The notes below the pieces were generated by a model. The model saw only the letters and a list, made by a program, of their open reading frames with translations. It was not told where the DNA came from and searched no databases. The translations under genes were made by a program, and so were the position numbers. Of a DNA stretch of 44,060 nt, positions 1-8,457 are shown piece by piece. The stretch is taken from positions 1 through 44,060 of the IMG/VR virus record IMGVR_UViG_3300048848_000241, one strand, 5' to 3'. Positions within the stretch are counted from its first letter, which is position 1, and every line of letters starts with the position of its first letter. The DNA is from a virus. Taxonomy: Duplodnaviria; Caudoviricetes.

Positions 1-252
1 TCACTCGCACACCTCGGGGTGATACCCGAACAGACCCATGGCGTAGGCCTCCTCTATCTCCACCAGCATGTACCACCGCCCGGCCTCGACCATCTCCAGC
101 ATGTCGGACAGCGTGTCGGCATCGATCTGGCGCCGGCGGTGCAGGTCCATAGCTCGAGCAGACAGCGCGACGGCATAGTCGTCTGGCTGGTCAATCCAGG
201 CCGGCTGGTTGTTGAGGGCTTCGAGCCAGGCTTCGGGGATGTGAGAGATCAT
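1..252 (-). CDS. Hypothetical 83-aa protein, likely SOS (LexA)-regulated, at the prophage end
   Basis: ORF from MISHIPEAW to a stop at base 1-3; LexA box just upstream. Confidence 0.65.
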   Translation of the reverse strand: MISHIPEAWLEALNNQPAWIDQPDDYAVALSARAMDLHRRRQIDADTLSDMLEMVEAGRWYMLVEIEEAYAMGLFGYHPEVCE

Positions 253-262
253 GGCAAATACA

Positions 263-278
263 CTGTACAAAGATACAG
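263..278. promoter_or_regulatory. LexA (SOS) box
   Basis: CTGTACAAAGATACAG matches the gammaproteobacterial CTGT-N8-ACAG consensus, 10 nt upstream of ORF 1..252. Confidence 0.75.
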
Positions 279-315
279 TATCGTATCGCTCAGGCTGCGC
301 CGTGGGCAATGCCGA

Positions 316-600
316 TCAGCGGCACGCGCCCGCCGCTGCGACCAGCTGCTTCTCGTATCCGATCCTTTGTCGGCGCTCGGCCAGCAGGGCCCGGACCTTC
401 ACCTCGAGACTGTCGCCCTTCTTCAGGCCGGCGGCTGCCCAGGGCGGGACGGCGACCTCCGGCGCGCGGCACGGCACCTGGACGGGGACCTCGACCCGGA
501 CGGTGCGGATCTGGGGCTCGATCTGCCGGCTGCACGCGGCGACCAGCACGATCCCTGCGAGCACCCCCACCCCTCGCAGGAATTCAGCTGCAACCTTCAT
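316..600 (-). CDS. o-spanin (Rz1-like lipoprotein)
   Basis: MKVAAEFLRGVGVLAGIVLVAAC lipoprotein signal, Pro-rich body, follows the i-spanin. Confidence 0.8.
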   Translation of the reverse strand: MKVAAEFLRGVGVLAGIVLVAACSRQIEPQIRTVRVEVPVQVPCRAPEVAVPPWAAAGLKKGDSLEVKVRALLAERRQRIGYEKQLVAAAGACR

Positions 601-980
601 AGCCCAAGCTCCTTGTCGATGATCGAGGTGGCGGCGGTGCACTGGTCGCCACCGGTGCGCTCCTGCTGCAGGCGGTTCGCTGCGGCATAGTCGACCCCGG
701 CCTCGACGCGCGCGCCCTCCACCGCCTGCTCGGCCTGTGCTTGGCGTTGCTGAGCAGCCAACTGCAGGTCGCCCAGCGCCTTGCCCTGCTCATTGGCCAG
801 GCCGACCAGGTGGTCGCGAGCAGCCTTGCAGGTGGCAGCCTCCCCGACCGAGGCGTCCAGCTGTGGCCGGTAATGCCGGGCCGCCTGCCACACGCCGCCG
901 GCTGCGCCCAGGCCGATCAGCAGCGCACAGCCGGCCAGCGCCGCCAGCAACCGGCCAGCGCCGGCGGGCAGCGCGATCAA
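597..980 (-). CDS. i-spanin (Rz-like)
   Basis: N-terminal TM helix then Ala/Gln coiled coil; TTG start overlaps the endolysin stop. Confidence 0.8.
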   Translation of the reverse strand: MIALPAGAGRLLAALAGCALLIGLGAAGGVWQAARHYRPQLDASVGEAATCKAARDHLVGLANEQGKALGDLQLAAQQRQAQAEQAVEGARVEAGVDYAAANRLQQERTGGDQCTAATSIIDKELGL

Positions 981-1516
981 GCCGCCATCTCCCCGCCGCA
1001 CGCGCAGAACATCGCCACCAACTGGCTCTCGGGCTGCGCCTCGGCTGCGCGCTCGGCCTCGTAGATGCCCAGCAGTGCCACCAACTTGTGCTCACGCTGG
1101 CCGTACCCTGCTCCGGGAAGGCTGGCCCAGATCGGCGCGGCCTTGGCGATCGCTTCATTGATGCGGCCGGCCTTGATGTGCGGAAGCGCCCCGCACTCGG
1201 TCAGCAGCTTGATAGCAGCCAGGTCCTGGGCCTCAGGAATGAACCGGCCCTTGAAGCCGTAGTTCTTGACGATGGCATCCCAGGTGCGAGCCAGGAACTG
1301 GTACCGGCCTGCGGCGGTGCTACTGATCCCATAGCGCGGCAGCGGGACCAGCACACGCGGGTGCTTGCTGTAGTCGGCAAACAGCTTGCCGCCGACCAGG
1401 ACGTTGTAGCCGTCGTCACTGGCCGCGATAGTCGAGGTACCCTCGGACCAGGCCAGCATGTCCAGGAAGGCGAGCACGTTCGGGCCGCCGGCATCGGCAG
1501 CAGAAATTCGAGCCAT
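977..1516 (-). CDS. Endolysin, lambda R-like lytic transglycosylase
   Basis: AFLDMLAWSEGT, STAAGRYQFL and WASLPGAGYGQ motifs; GGAG RBS. Confidence 0.93.
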   Translation of the reverse strand: MARISAADAGGPNVLAFLDMLAWSEGTSTIAASDDGYNVLVGGKLFADYSKHPRVLVPLPRYGISSTAAGRYQFLARTWDAIVKNYGFKGRFIPEAQDLAAIKLLTECGALPHIKAGRINEAIAKAAPIWASLPGAGYGQREHKLVALLGIYEAERAAEAQPESQLVAMFCACGGEMAA

Positions 1517-1533
1517 TGGGTTTTCTCCAGGCA

Positions 1534-1560
1534 AAAAAATACCGCCCGAAGGCGGCTTTG
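1534..1560 (-). terminator. Intrinsic terminator before endolysin
   Basis: GCCGCC-TTCG-GGCGGT hairpin followed by a T tract on the minus strand. Confidence 0.7.
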
Positions 1561-1762
1561 GATGGGTGGCGGTCAGGCCGGTGGCGTAAGCCAATTCATG
1601 GTGGCGAAATATCCGGCTTACTCATTGTAAGCCCGAGGAAAGTGCCGGCATCGCTGTGAGTAGTGAGAAATTCAACAGAACTTGAAGCGAAGGAAGTCGT
1701 ATGCTGGGCGAGAGCTTCAGCACCATATAGAATCCCTCCGTCTGTATTTCAGGAGAAAGGCA

Positions 1763-1933
1763 ATGTCAGAGAAGGATCACGAACATGACGACCCGATGTA
1801 TAGAGCGATGTTCAACATCCCTCCAGCTGAGCAGGACATAACCTGGGGCCCGGTGCGCTCGTTTATGTGCTGCACTTCCACATTCATTGTTGTTGCCGCC
1901 GTCCTTGGCGGCATCCACGAACTGCTTAACTGA
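1763..1933 (+). CDS. Small 56-aa membrane protein, opposite-strand moron
   Basis: AGGAG RBS, C-terminal hydrophobic helix, lower GC, convergent with the tail fibre gene. Confidence 0.55.
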   Translation: MSEKDHEHDDPMYRAMFNIPPAEQDITWGPVRSFMCCTSTFIVVAAVLGGIHELLN

Positions 1934-4310
1934 CTCGAACAAAGCTCGCGTCAGGCAGGCCATAGGCGAAGGTGTTCGCTCCCTGGATCTTCATTGCAAC
2001 CAGGGAGTCGTAACCTGCAGGCTGCATTCCATTCGATTGCCAGGACAAGCCGGCCCGGTACTTGTATCCAGCACCCGCTGCAAAGTTATGCGGATTCTGC
2101 GTGCCGCTCGCAGATGGCAGCACAACGCCCAAGTACCACTTGGTGGTTGCCTCTCCCCGAACGAGAATTCCAGCAGGATCGACATACTTGCCGTCGCCGT
2201 CCGCGTAGCTCTTGTCCATCCACAGCGTCATTTGTCCATGATCGGGATCTTGAAACACTGCCGCCCAAGCATTTGGGTAGGCCGACTTCGAGCCCGACTG
2301 GGATTGCGCGCCGTTCACGAATGGAACCCTGGCGGTGTTCTGCCCGCCAAGTACCAGTTGCGTGCCTTGGTAACCGAAAGTGATTCCCTGTAGCGCATAG
2401 TCGGTCAGGACACTGATCGGCTCCAGCGCGGTAACGTCAGCCGTGACTACCACGCCAGATGGCGTGACATCGATGGCGAAGGACTGCCGCAAGATGTACC
2501 GGCTCAGCGTTTTCGTGTTGTACCCCATCAGCTCGTTGACGATTTGCAGGCTGACGCAGCCGGCTCGACCTGTGGTGCCAGGCAAGATTGGCTGACCGTC
2601 AGCGAACGACTGGTACAGCGTGTTGCGCGCGGTTGGGCTGCCTGTAGAATCGCCGTTTGATCCGTGGGCGCCACCAGTGAAAGCTAGCGCCCCACCATCG
2701 CCATTTGCCTGGGCGGATACTTGCATTGGCGGAAGGTAGTCGCTACCTGTCGTGTTCAGCACAGTCCAAACCGCGTTAGCCAGGTCGGCGCCTGGCGCCC
2801 AGCTGGTGGCCAGGATATTAGGCACTTGGTTGACGCCAAGCAGGCCAAATCGAACACGGTAGCAACTGTCCTTGCTGGCCCAGGACAAGATCAGATTTCC
2901 GGAGTTATCCAGCGACCACTGGACTGGCAATGTCGACGCAGATGCCGAGGTCGCTACGATATATCGCTGAGGATCGATGATGAAGCTGTAGCCCGCCTGA
3001 TGCGACAGGTTGCTTGCGATTTGGGTCCCGTACGCAGGGAGCAGTGCTGTATCGAGAGTAATCCTGAACGACAAACCAGCAATGGTCGGGCTTGAGACCA
3101 CTATGGTCTGAACACCTGAGCGAGTGATTGCGGGCGCCGGGTCTGTATAGTTGACGACGGTCAGTGAAGGGTTAGCTGATGTTTCGTAGTTAAGCGCGTC
3201 GTATTCTTCGAGAATCCAGCCGTCTGCCGGCCCAGGTAGAGCAGTAGTACCGTTCTTGAAATACGCGATCCGGTATAGCTTACCAGGGCGCGCACCATTT
3301 ACCTGCACGTCCAGCAGCCCCGCCATGAGGGCGGCTGGTTCAGCGCTGGTAGCCCCATTCCTCGCACTGGCGCGCAGCGGATAAACTCTGTATCGATTGA
3401 TTGCGATTGAGTCACCCATGCCCTGGATGGGGACATACGCTGACTGTTCAATAATCCATGAGTAACCGCCGAAAGGCGATGTAAGTGCATTGAGTGGGGT
3501 TCCGGCTGCAGGAAGTGCCGAGGCATCGATAGTAATGATGAAGCGCAGTTTGGGCCGCTGAGCGGGGACCACCGATATTGTTTGAATGCCTCCGGCCCTG
3601 ACAATTCCTGGGCTGGCATCAGAATAGTTATGGATGGTGGTGGCAGTTCCGGTCGCTGCATAGGTTGCAGCATCAAATTCCTCAAGAATTATCCCGTCAC
3701 CCGCTTTGCCGCCTAGCACTGCGCCGTTTTGAAAATAGGCAATTCGGAACAACTTACCAGCAAAGTATTGCGCGTCACCTGTAATTTTCACGCTCAATAC
3801 GACACGATTGAGAATGTCGTTCGCGGGCGACACGCCCCCCGCACGCGTCGCCGCCTTAAGCGGGAATGCCTTACCCTTATTAAGGGTGAGCACATCAACA
3901 AGTGCACTGGGATAGCTTTTTTGCTGAACCGCCGAGCCGCCGCTGTTCAAATAAAGAATCAGGTACTCAAGGTCATCAGCGGAAACAACGCTGAAGTATT
4001 GCCCGTTAGCAGTAGCGGCAAGGCCAGCGGCAGTATCGGGATATACATCTGCCCCAAGCATGGCAGCATCCGCCGCTGACTGGGCCTGTATTGCCGCTTC
4101 CAGTGCTGTTTGCGCGGCGCCAACGGCAATATTTTCATCGGCGGCAGCAGAGGAAATACCCTTGAGCGTAAAACGCTCCTTGCCAATCCGGTTAGTGAAA
4201 GTGATTTGCTCGCTGTTGGCAAACAGATCGATGTTGCCGGAGTTATCGTAGAGGTCGCGAGGGTCGCTGGAGCCGCTGGGCTCAACCGGGTTCATCGTGT
4301 TGTATCGCAT
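1926..4310 (-). CDS. Tail fibre/spike receptor-binding protein
   Basis: N-terminal MRYNTMNPV..SSDPRDLYDN attachment motif, last tail gene, divergent composition, internal domain duplication. Confidence 0.8.
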   Translation of the reverse strand: MRYNTMNPVEPSGSSDPRDLYDNSGNIDLFANSEQITFTNRIGKERFTLKGISSAAADENIAVGAAQTALEAAIQAQSAADAAMLGADVYPDTAAGLAATANGQYFSVVSADDLEYLILYLNSGGSAVQQKSYPSALVDVLTLNKGKAFPLKAATRAGGVSPANDILNRVVLSVKITGDAQYFAGKLFRIAYFQNGAVLGGKAGDGIILEEFDAATYAATGTATTIHNYSDASPGIVRAGGIQTISVVPAQRPKLRFIITIDASALPAAGTPLNALTSPFGGYSWIIEQSAYVPIQGMGDSIAINRYRVYPLRASARNGATSAEPAALMAGLLDVQVNGARPGKLYRIAYFKNGTTALPGPADGWILEEYDALNYETSANPSLTVVNYTDPAPAITRSGVQTIVVSSPTIAGLSFRITLDTALLPAYGTQIASNLSHQAGYSFIIDPQRYIVATSASASTLPVQWSLDNSGNLILSWASKDSCYRVRFGLLGVNQVPNILATSWAPGADLANAVWTVLNTTGSDYLPPMQVSAQANGDGGALAFTGGAHGSNGDSTGSPTARNTLYQSFADGQPILPGTTGRAGCVSLQIVNELMGYNTKTLSRYILRQSFAIDVTPSGVVVTADVTALEPISVLTDYALQGITFGYQGTQLVLGGQNTARVPFVNGAQSQSGSKSAYPNAWAAVFQDPDHGQMTLWMDKSYADGDGKYVDPAGILVRGEATTKWYLGVVLPSASGTQNPHNFAAGAGYKYRAGLSWQSNGMQPAGYDSLVAMKIQGANTFAYGLPDASFVRVS

Positions 4311-4324
4311 ATTCTCTCCGGGCA

Positions 4325-4351
4325 TGAAAAAGCCCGCTCGATGGCGGGCCT
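4325..4351 (-). terminator. Intrinsic terminator
   Basis: GCCCGC hairpin plus TTTTT, followed by the ATGCCCGGAG RBS module. Confidence 0.65.
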
Positions 4352-4369
4352 GTGCTCGTTAGGTTCCGG

Positions 4370-7102
4370 TCAGGCCGGAGGGAAGTTGTCGTCGTCCAGA
4401 TAGACGCGCTCGTCGTAGTTCACTGCCGTCACGTTGCAGCTGACAGTGCCGCTTGGGGTCACTTCTTTGATCAGGGCGGGATAGCAGAACGTGGCCTTGG
4501 GCCCGAACTGCAGCACAGGTGCATCCATGGCGCTGTCCGTCACGGGCGTGAAGTCCAATGCAGGGATGGTCAACCGATAGTCATCGATGCGCGTGGCGAC
4601 GTAGGGCCCGGAGGCTGTGCCATCGCGGCGCCGCAAGGCTATCCAGTGCTCACCACCCGCCGACCAGTCGAACGCCACGCTCGAAACCAGCATGTGCTGG
4701 CCGCCCAGGTTGGCGTACCCCTTGAGCGTGGCGCTCTGGCCGTAGCCGGGCACGTTGCTGCCCAGCAGGGCAAAGCTGAGGTAGCTGCTGTTCAGTGCGT
4801 CCATCTCGGTCGAGAAGCTGTAGCGGATACGCTGATAGACCTGCTGGCGGCGCCGACGCATGCCGATGCGCCAGGCCCTAGCCCGGCTGGTGACACCCTC
4901 GATCTTGACCTTTTCAGTCCGTGCACCGAGATCACCGGGTAGTCGGCATTCCACGGTTTCGATCTGCCAGGTGGTGCCGTCCAGGTACTCGACATCCACA
5001 CCATCGAAGTCGTCCGTCGTGACGTGTTCAGCCTCGCGCTTGAGCGGCTTGGTCATCACCTGCGGGTTGTAGAGCTCGCGCACGACCGGCGTGTATTCGT
5101 GGTCGAACACCTCGCCTCGAGGCTCGTCACGCACCGGGCGTATGAGGCCGCGGTCAATGGTCAGTTCCGCGAATCCAGCTTGCAGCGCCTCGATCAGGCA
5201 GGCCTTGAGGGTGCTGGCCGAGTCGAATGTCCGGTCGTAGTGGTCGCCGCGTGCCGTCCAGATAGCTTGCAGGCGGTCCAGCTCGTCGAGGTCGAGGTCA
5301 GAGTTCCCATCCGCGATGGAGTAGCCGACGCTCTCGCACATGTAGCCGATGGCCGCCACGATATCCCGGGTGGGCTCCTCAGCCGTCCACTGCCCATTGC
5401 GGCGCGTCTTGAGGATGCGCGTTGGCAGGCATGAAACTTGGCTCTCGGACTGCGAGGCGATCCGGTTGCCGCCCTTCACGCGCAGGGCGATCATTGTCAC
5501 GCCTTCGTAGCGGGTTGGTGCTGGCAGGTTGGCGCGCAGGCCGTACCACTGCACCGTGTTGGCGTCGTTGGTGCTGGTCGACTTGGCGCCAATCCGACGC
5601 AGCCTCCACTCGGATCGAATATCTTCGGTGTCGATGTATTCGGTGTAGCCAAGCTGGTCCAGGGTCTTGGCGGTGTAGATCTTGGTTACAGACGTCCAGG
5701 CGCCCGCCTTGCTGATGTCGCGGTACTGCATCTCCACCGTGACCTTGAAGTCGATCATCTGGCCTTTGCTGCCAATCCGGACAAGGCCTTGCGGGAAGAA
5801 GACGTCAATCGCGACACGACGAGTGGTGGCACCTTCCGGGCAGGATGCGTAGGGGCCCGCCCAGTCACCCTCTTGGGTTGAACCGTCCAGAGTGAGCGCG
5901 GCGGTTGAGGTGGTGAGCGCATCGAAGCCCGGCCAGTCCTCGTCGGCATCGCCCTCGGCATTGATCCGGTCGACGCTGATGGCCTCGGTGCTGGCGGCGG
6001 TGATGCGATAGCGCAGGCCTTGAAAGCCAATTCCCATCTGCAGGCCTTCACCGACTTGGAGGCCGGTCACCGGGCCGCCTGCCGCCCAGTCGAGCGTCAT
6101 TTCGTCCGCTGCGCCACCTTCGCCAGGCGTGTAGCTCGCCACGGTGTACATGCCCGCGTTGGCGCCGACGATCTCGATTGGCATCCCGACATAGGGCGCG
6201 ACCTGATCCAGGTTGCCGCGAATGATGTCTCTGCCCGCGCCACCTTCGACCACGGTGTATGGGTAGGTCGCTTCGATACGGACGATCATGCCCGCCGCCC
6301 AGCCTTCCGGGAATGAGCCGGCGCCAGTTGGAACGGTGATGGTGTACTGCGCCAACTGATACGACTGAGCCGTAGGAACGGGCGCTACCGCATAGGTGGC
6401 CTTGAGCTCGATGCCTGCGGTACCGGTGGACGTAGCGCCAACCTCGGGCGCCGAGTGCCACCACTTCGCTGCAGACTCGGCCGACAGGTCAGCGCCAGGG
6501 CCGTAGATGGCGAACTCAGCATCCGCGCCCAGCGAGATCACTGGGGTATCCCCGATGCAGATACTACTGATCGGGATGTCGAGCTTGCCGACACCGATGC
6601 ACAGCAGCATCTCGATCCATTGCGAGCGCGGATCTTCGAAATAGCGGTTGGGCGGAATGGCGTAGTCGCCGTAGGCCTTGGTGCGCCCGAAGCGTTCCGG
6701 GATCACCGCATTCAGCTTGACCTGGTTGCCCTTGACCGTGGCCAGGCCCAGGTCATTGCCGCGCTTGGTGTTGCCGCCCGAGTTGAGCGACGGCATCTTC
6801 GGCATCAGCGCGCTCATCACGGCCTTGGCGCCGAAAACCAACGCCAGAGTGATCGAGAACGGGTCTGTGCCCTTGGGTTCGCGGTAGATCTGCACCTGGT
6901 CATCCGGGCCGATCTCGGTGGATTTCCACTGCGCAGGCATGGCCCGCTCACCATTGACGAACACGCTCAGCGGCAGCGCGGCAGGCTCTACGCCCTCGGG
7001 CAGGCCGTCGGCGTGAAACCAAGCCAGCAGGTTCTGCCGCGCAGCCACCTGATAAGTCTCGGCCGGGAAAGGCACGATCTTGTTGGGGAAGACTTCAATC
7101 AT
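4370..7102 (-). CDS. Tail tip/host specificity protein (TipJ-like)
   Basis: 910 aa, position after NlpC/P60, ends AVNYDERVYLDD. Confidence 0.85.
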   Translation of the reverse strand: MIEVFPNKIVPFPAETYQVAARQNLLAWFHADGLPEGVEPAALPLSVFVNGERAMPAQWKSTEIGPDDQVQIYREPKGTDPFSITLALVFGAKAVMSALMPKMPSLNSGGNTKRGNDLGLATVKGNQVKLNAVIPERFGRTKAYGDYAIPPNRYFEDPRSQWIEMLLCIGVGKLDIPISSICIGDTPVISLGADAEFAIYGPGADLSAESAAKWWHSAPEVGATSTGTAGIELKATYAVAPVPTAQSYQLAQYTITVPTGAGSFPEGWAAGMIVRIEATYPYTVVEGGAGRDIIRGNLDQVAPYVGMPIEIVGANAGMYTVASYTPGEGGAADEMTLDWAAGGPVTGLQVGEGLQMGIGFQGLRYRITAASTEAISVDRINAEGDADEDWPGFDALTTSTAALTLDGSTQEGDWAGPYASCPEGATTRRVAIDVFFPQGLVRIGSKGQMIDFKVTVEMQYRDISKAGAWTSVTKIYTAKTLDQLGYTEYIDTEDIRSEWRLRRIGAKSTSTNDANTVQWYGLRANLPAPTRYEGVTMIALRVKGGNRIASQSESQVSCLPTRILKTRRNGQWTAEEPTRDIVAAIGYMCESVGYSIADGNSDLDLDELDRLQAIWTARGDHYDRTFDSASTLKACLIEALQAGFAELTIDRGLIRPVRDEPRGEVFDHEYTPVVRELYNPQVMTKPLKREAEHVTTDDFDGVDVEYLDGTTWQIETVECRLPGDLGARTEKVKIEGVTSRARAWRIGMRRRRQQVYQRIRYSFSTEMDALNSSYLSFALLGSNVPGYGQSATLKGYANLGGQHMLVSSVAFDWSAGGEHWIALRRRDGTASGPYVATRIDDYRLTIPALDFTPVTDSAMDAPVLQFGPKATFCYPALIKEVTPSGTVSCNVTAVNYDERVYLDDDNFPPA

Positions 7103-7494
7103 GCTCGGTCCCGGTAGTAGATGACTTTCAGGTGATCACGCTCCCACTGCGCCAGCGGCAGGCAGCGGGCACCTCGGGTGGGGTTGATCTCAAGGATTCG
7201 CAGGCGCCCGACCACCTCGACTACCAGGGCGACGTGGATGCAGATGGCACCGCGCATGACTGCAGCAATGGCGCCGGGCTCCGGTCGGCACTGCTCCATG
7301 TGCTCAGCCTCGGTCCGATAGGCCCGGGTGAACTGCTTGGGCTCGGTGTTGCGGACATCGCCCCAGCTGGGCAGCAGGCGCTTGCCCATATGAAGGTGCC
7401 GCGCCTCCCTGACGACACCCCAACAGTCGTACCTTTCCGGACCGCGAGCGCCGTCCTCATACCTGCAGGACAGGTATTGGTTGATCCATTCCAT
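7099..7494 (-). CDS. NlpC/P60-family tail assembly protein
   Basis: GARGPERYDCWG catalytic Cys motif and HVALV His motif. Confidence 0.85.
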   Translation of the reverse strand: MEWINQYLSCRYEDGARGPERYDCWGVVREARHLHMGKRLLPSWGDVRNTEPKQFTRAYRTEAEHMEQCRPEPGAIAAVMRGAICIHVALVVEVVGRLRILEINPTRGARCLPLAQWERDHLKVIYYRDRA

Positions 7495-7507
7495 AGGGGG
7501 GGTGCCT

Positions 7508-8005
7508 TTACAGGTATATGAGGGCGCGGAAATCGTTTGTGTTGTAACGCTTGCGAGGAAATCCAGTGCCAATCACGTCAAAGAACTCGCACTGCAAGTT
7601 GCCCTGGTTCTGCTCGATGGAATCGCTGCTGATCGACATGCGATAGGGGCGGTCGCACGGGGTTGACAGGTCGCTCAGCAGGTAGACCCGGTAGGTACCG
7701 GTGATACGCGCGAAAGCATCCAGCGCCTGATCGGCCTTGCGCTGCACCTCGCCGGTCGTGTTATCGACGGCGAACGCCAGCGCCTGGTTGCCCCGGTTGT
7801 TCTTCTGCGGCAGCGCGATACCGATGTTGGCGGCGCGGAAGGCGAGCAGGCGCCCGTCCTCCGTGCCGCACACCCGGTCGGTGAAGCCGTTGCAGATAAG
7901 CACGGGCTCCGCCCAGGCCGGGCAGGTCAGCTCGAGCGTGCGGACAAACGACTCCTTGCCGCCCGAGGCAATAGCCTCGCGGTAGGCGTCTTGGAGAGTG
8001 CTCAT
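7508..8005 (-). CDS. Minor tail protein (DUF1833-like)
   Basis: Synteny; RTLELTCPAW N-terminal motif. Confidence 0.75.
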   Translation of the reverse strand: MSTLQDAYREAIASGGKESFVRTLELTCPAWAEPVLICNGFTDRVCGTEDGRLLAFRAANIGIALPQKNNRGNQALAFAVDNTTGEVQRKADQALDAFARITGTYRVYLLSDLSTPCDRPYRMSISSDSIEQNQGNLQCEFFDVIGTGFPRKRYNTNDFRALIYL

Positions 8006-8457
8006 GCCTCTGGCCACTCCCTGTTGATAGCCAAGTCGATGATGTCGGCCATGAACCAGAACTGCGGGAAGTTCTCCCATCCAGGCTGGATCAGGGATGG
8101 CTCGCGTAGCTCAAGCGTTGCCGACATTTCCCAGCGGTTGACCTGCACCAGGCGCGGGCCATCGGGCTTGCCGATGAAGCGGCACTCGTAGCGCTTGAAG
8201 CCCTCCGGCAGCTGGAGCGGCATGCTGAACCACTCGACGCCGTAGACCAGCACCCGCGCATACCAGGCCCGGAAGAAGGCCGCCTGCTGCGTGTCGAAGT
8301 TCCAGGTGAAGCTCACCGTCTCCGGCGAATCCGGGAAATTGACCCGCTGCCGCGCCCGGCCTGAAACCATTTCCGTGCGCAGCATGGGGTCCAGCGGGGT
8401 TTGTAGGCCGTAGCCGTCCTGCAGCGGCAGGGGCAACTCTGTTGGATATTCAATCAT
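8002..8457 (-). CDS. Distal tail / minor tail protein
   Basis: YPTELPLPLQDGYG..RTEMVSGRARQR; directly after the tape measure gene. Confidence 0.75.
   Translation of the reverse strand: MIEYPTELPLPLQDGYGLQTPLDPMLRTEMVSGRARQRVNFPDSPETVSFTWNFDTQQAAFFRAWYARVLVYGVEWFSMPLQLPEGFKRYECRFIGKPDGPRLVQVNRWEMSATLELREPSLIQPGWENFPQFWFMADIIDLAINREWPEA

Noticed and set aside
1926-4310. Diversity-generating retroelement or invertible tail-fibre cassette
   Set aside because: No reverse transcriptase or invertase; the internal duplication is diverged at the protein level, not an adenine-specific TR/VR pair
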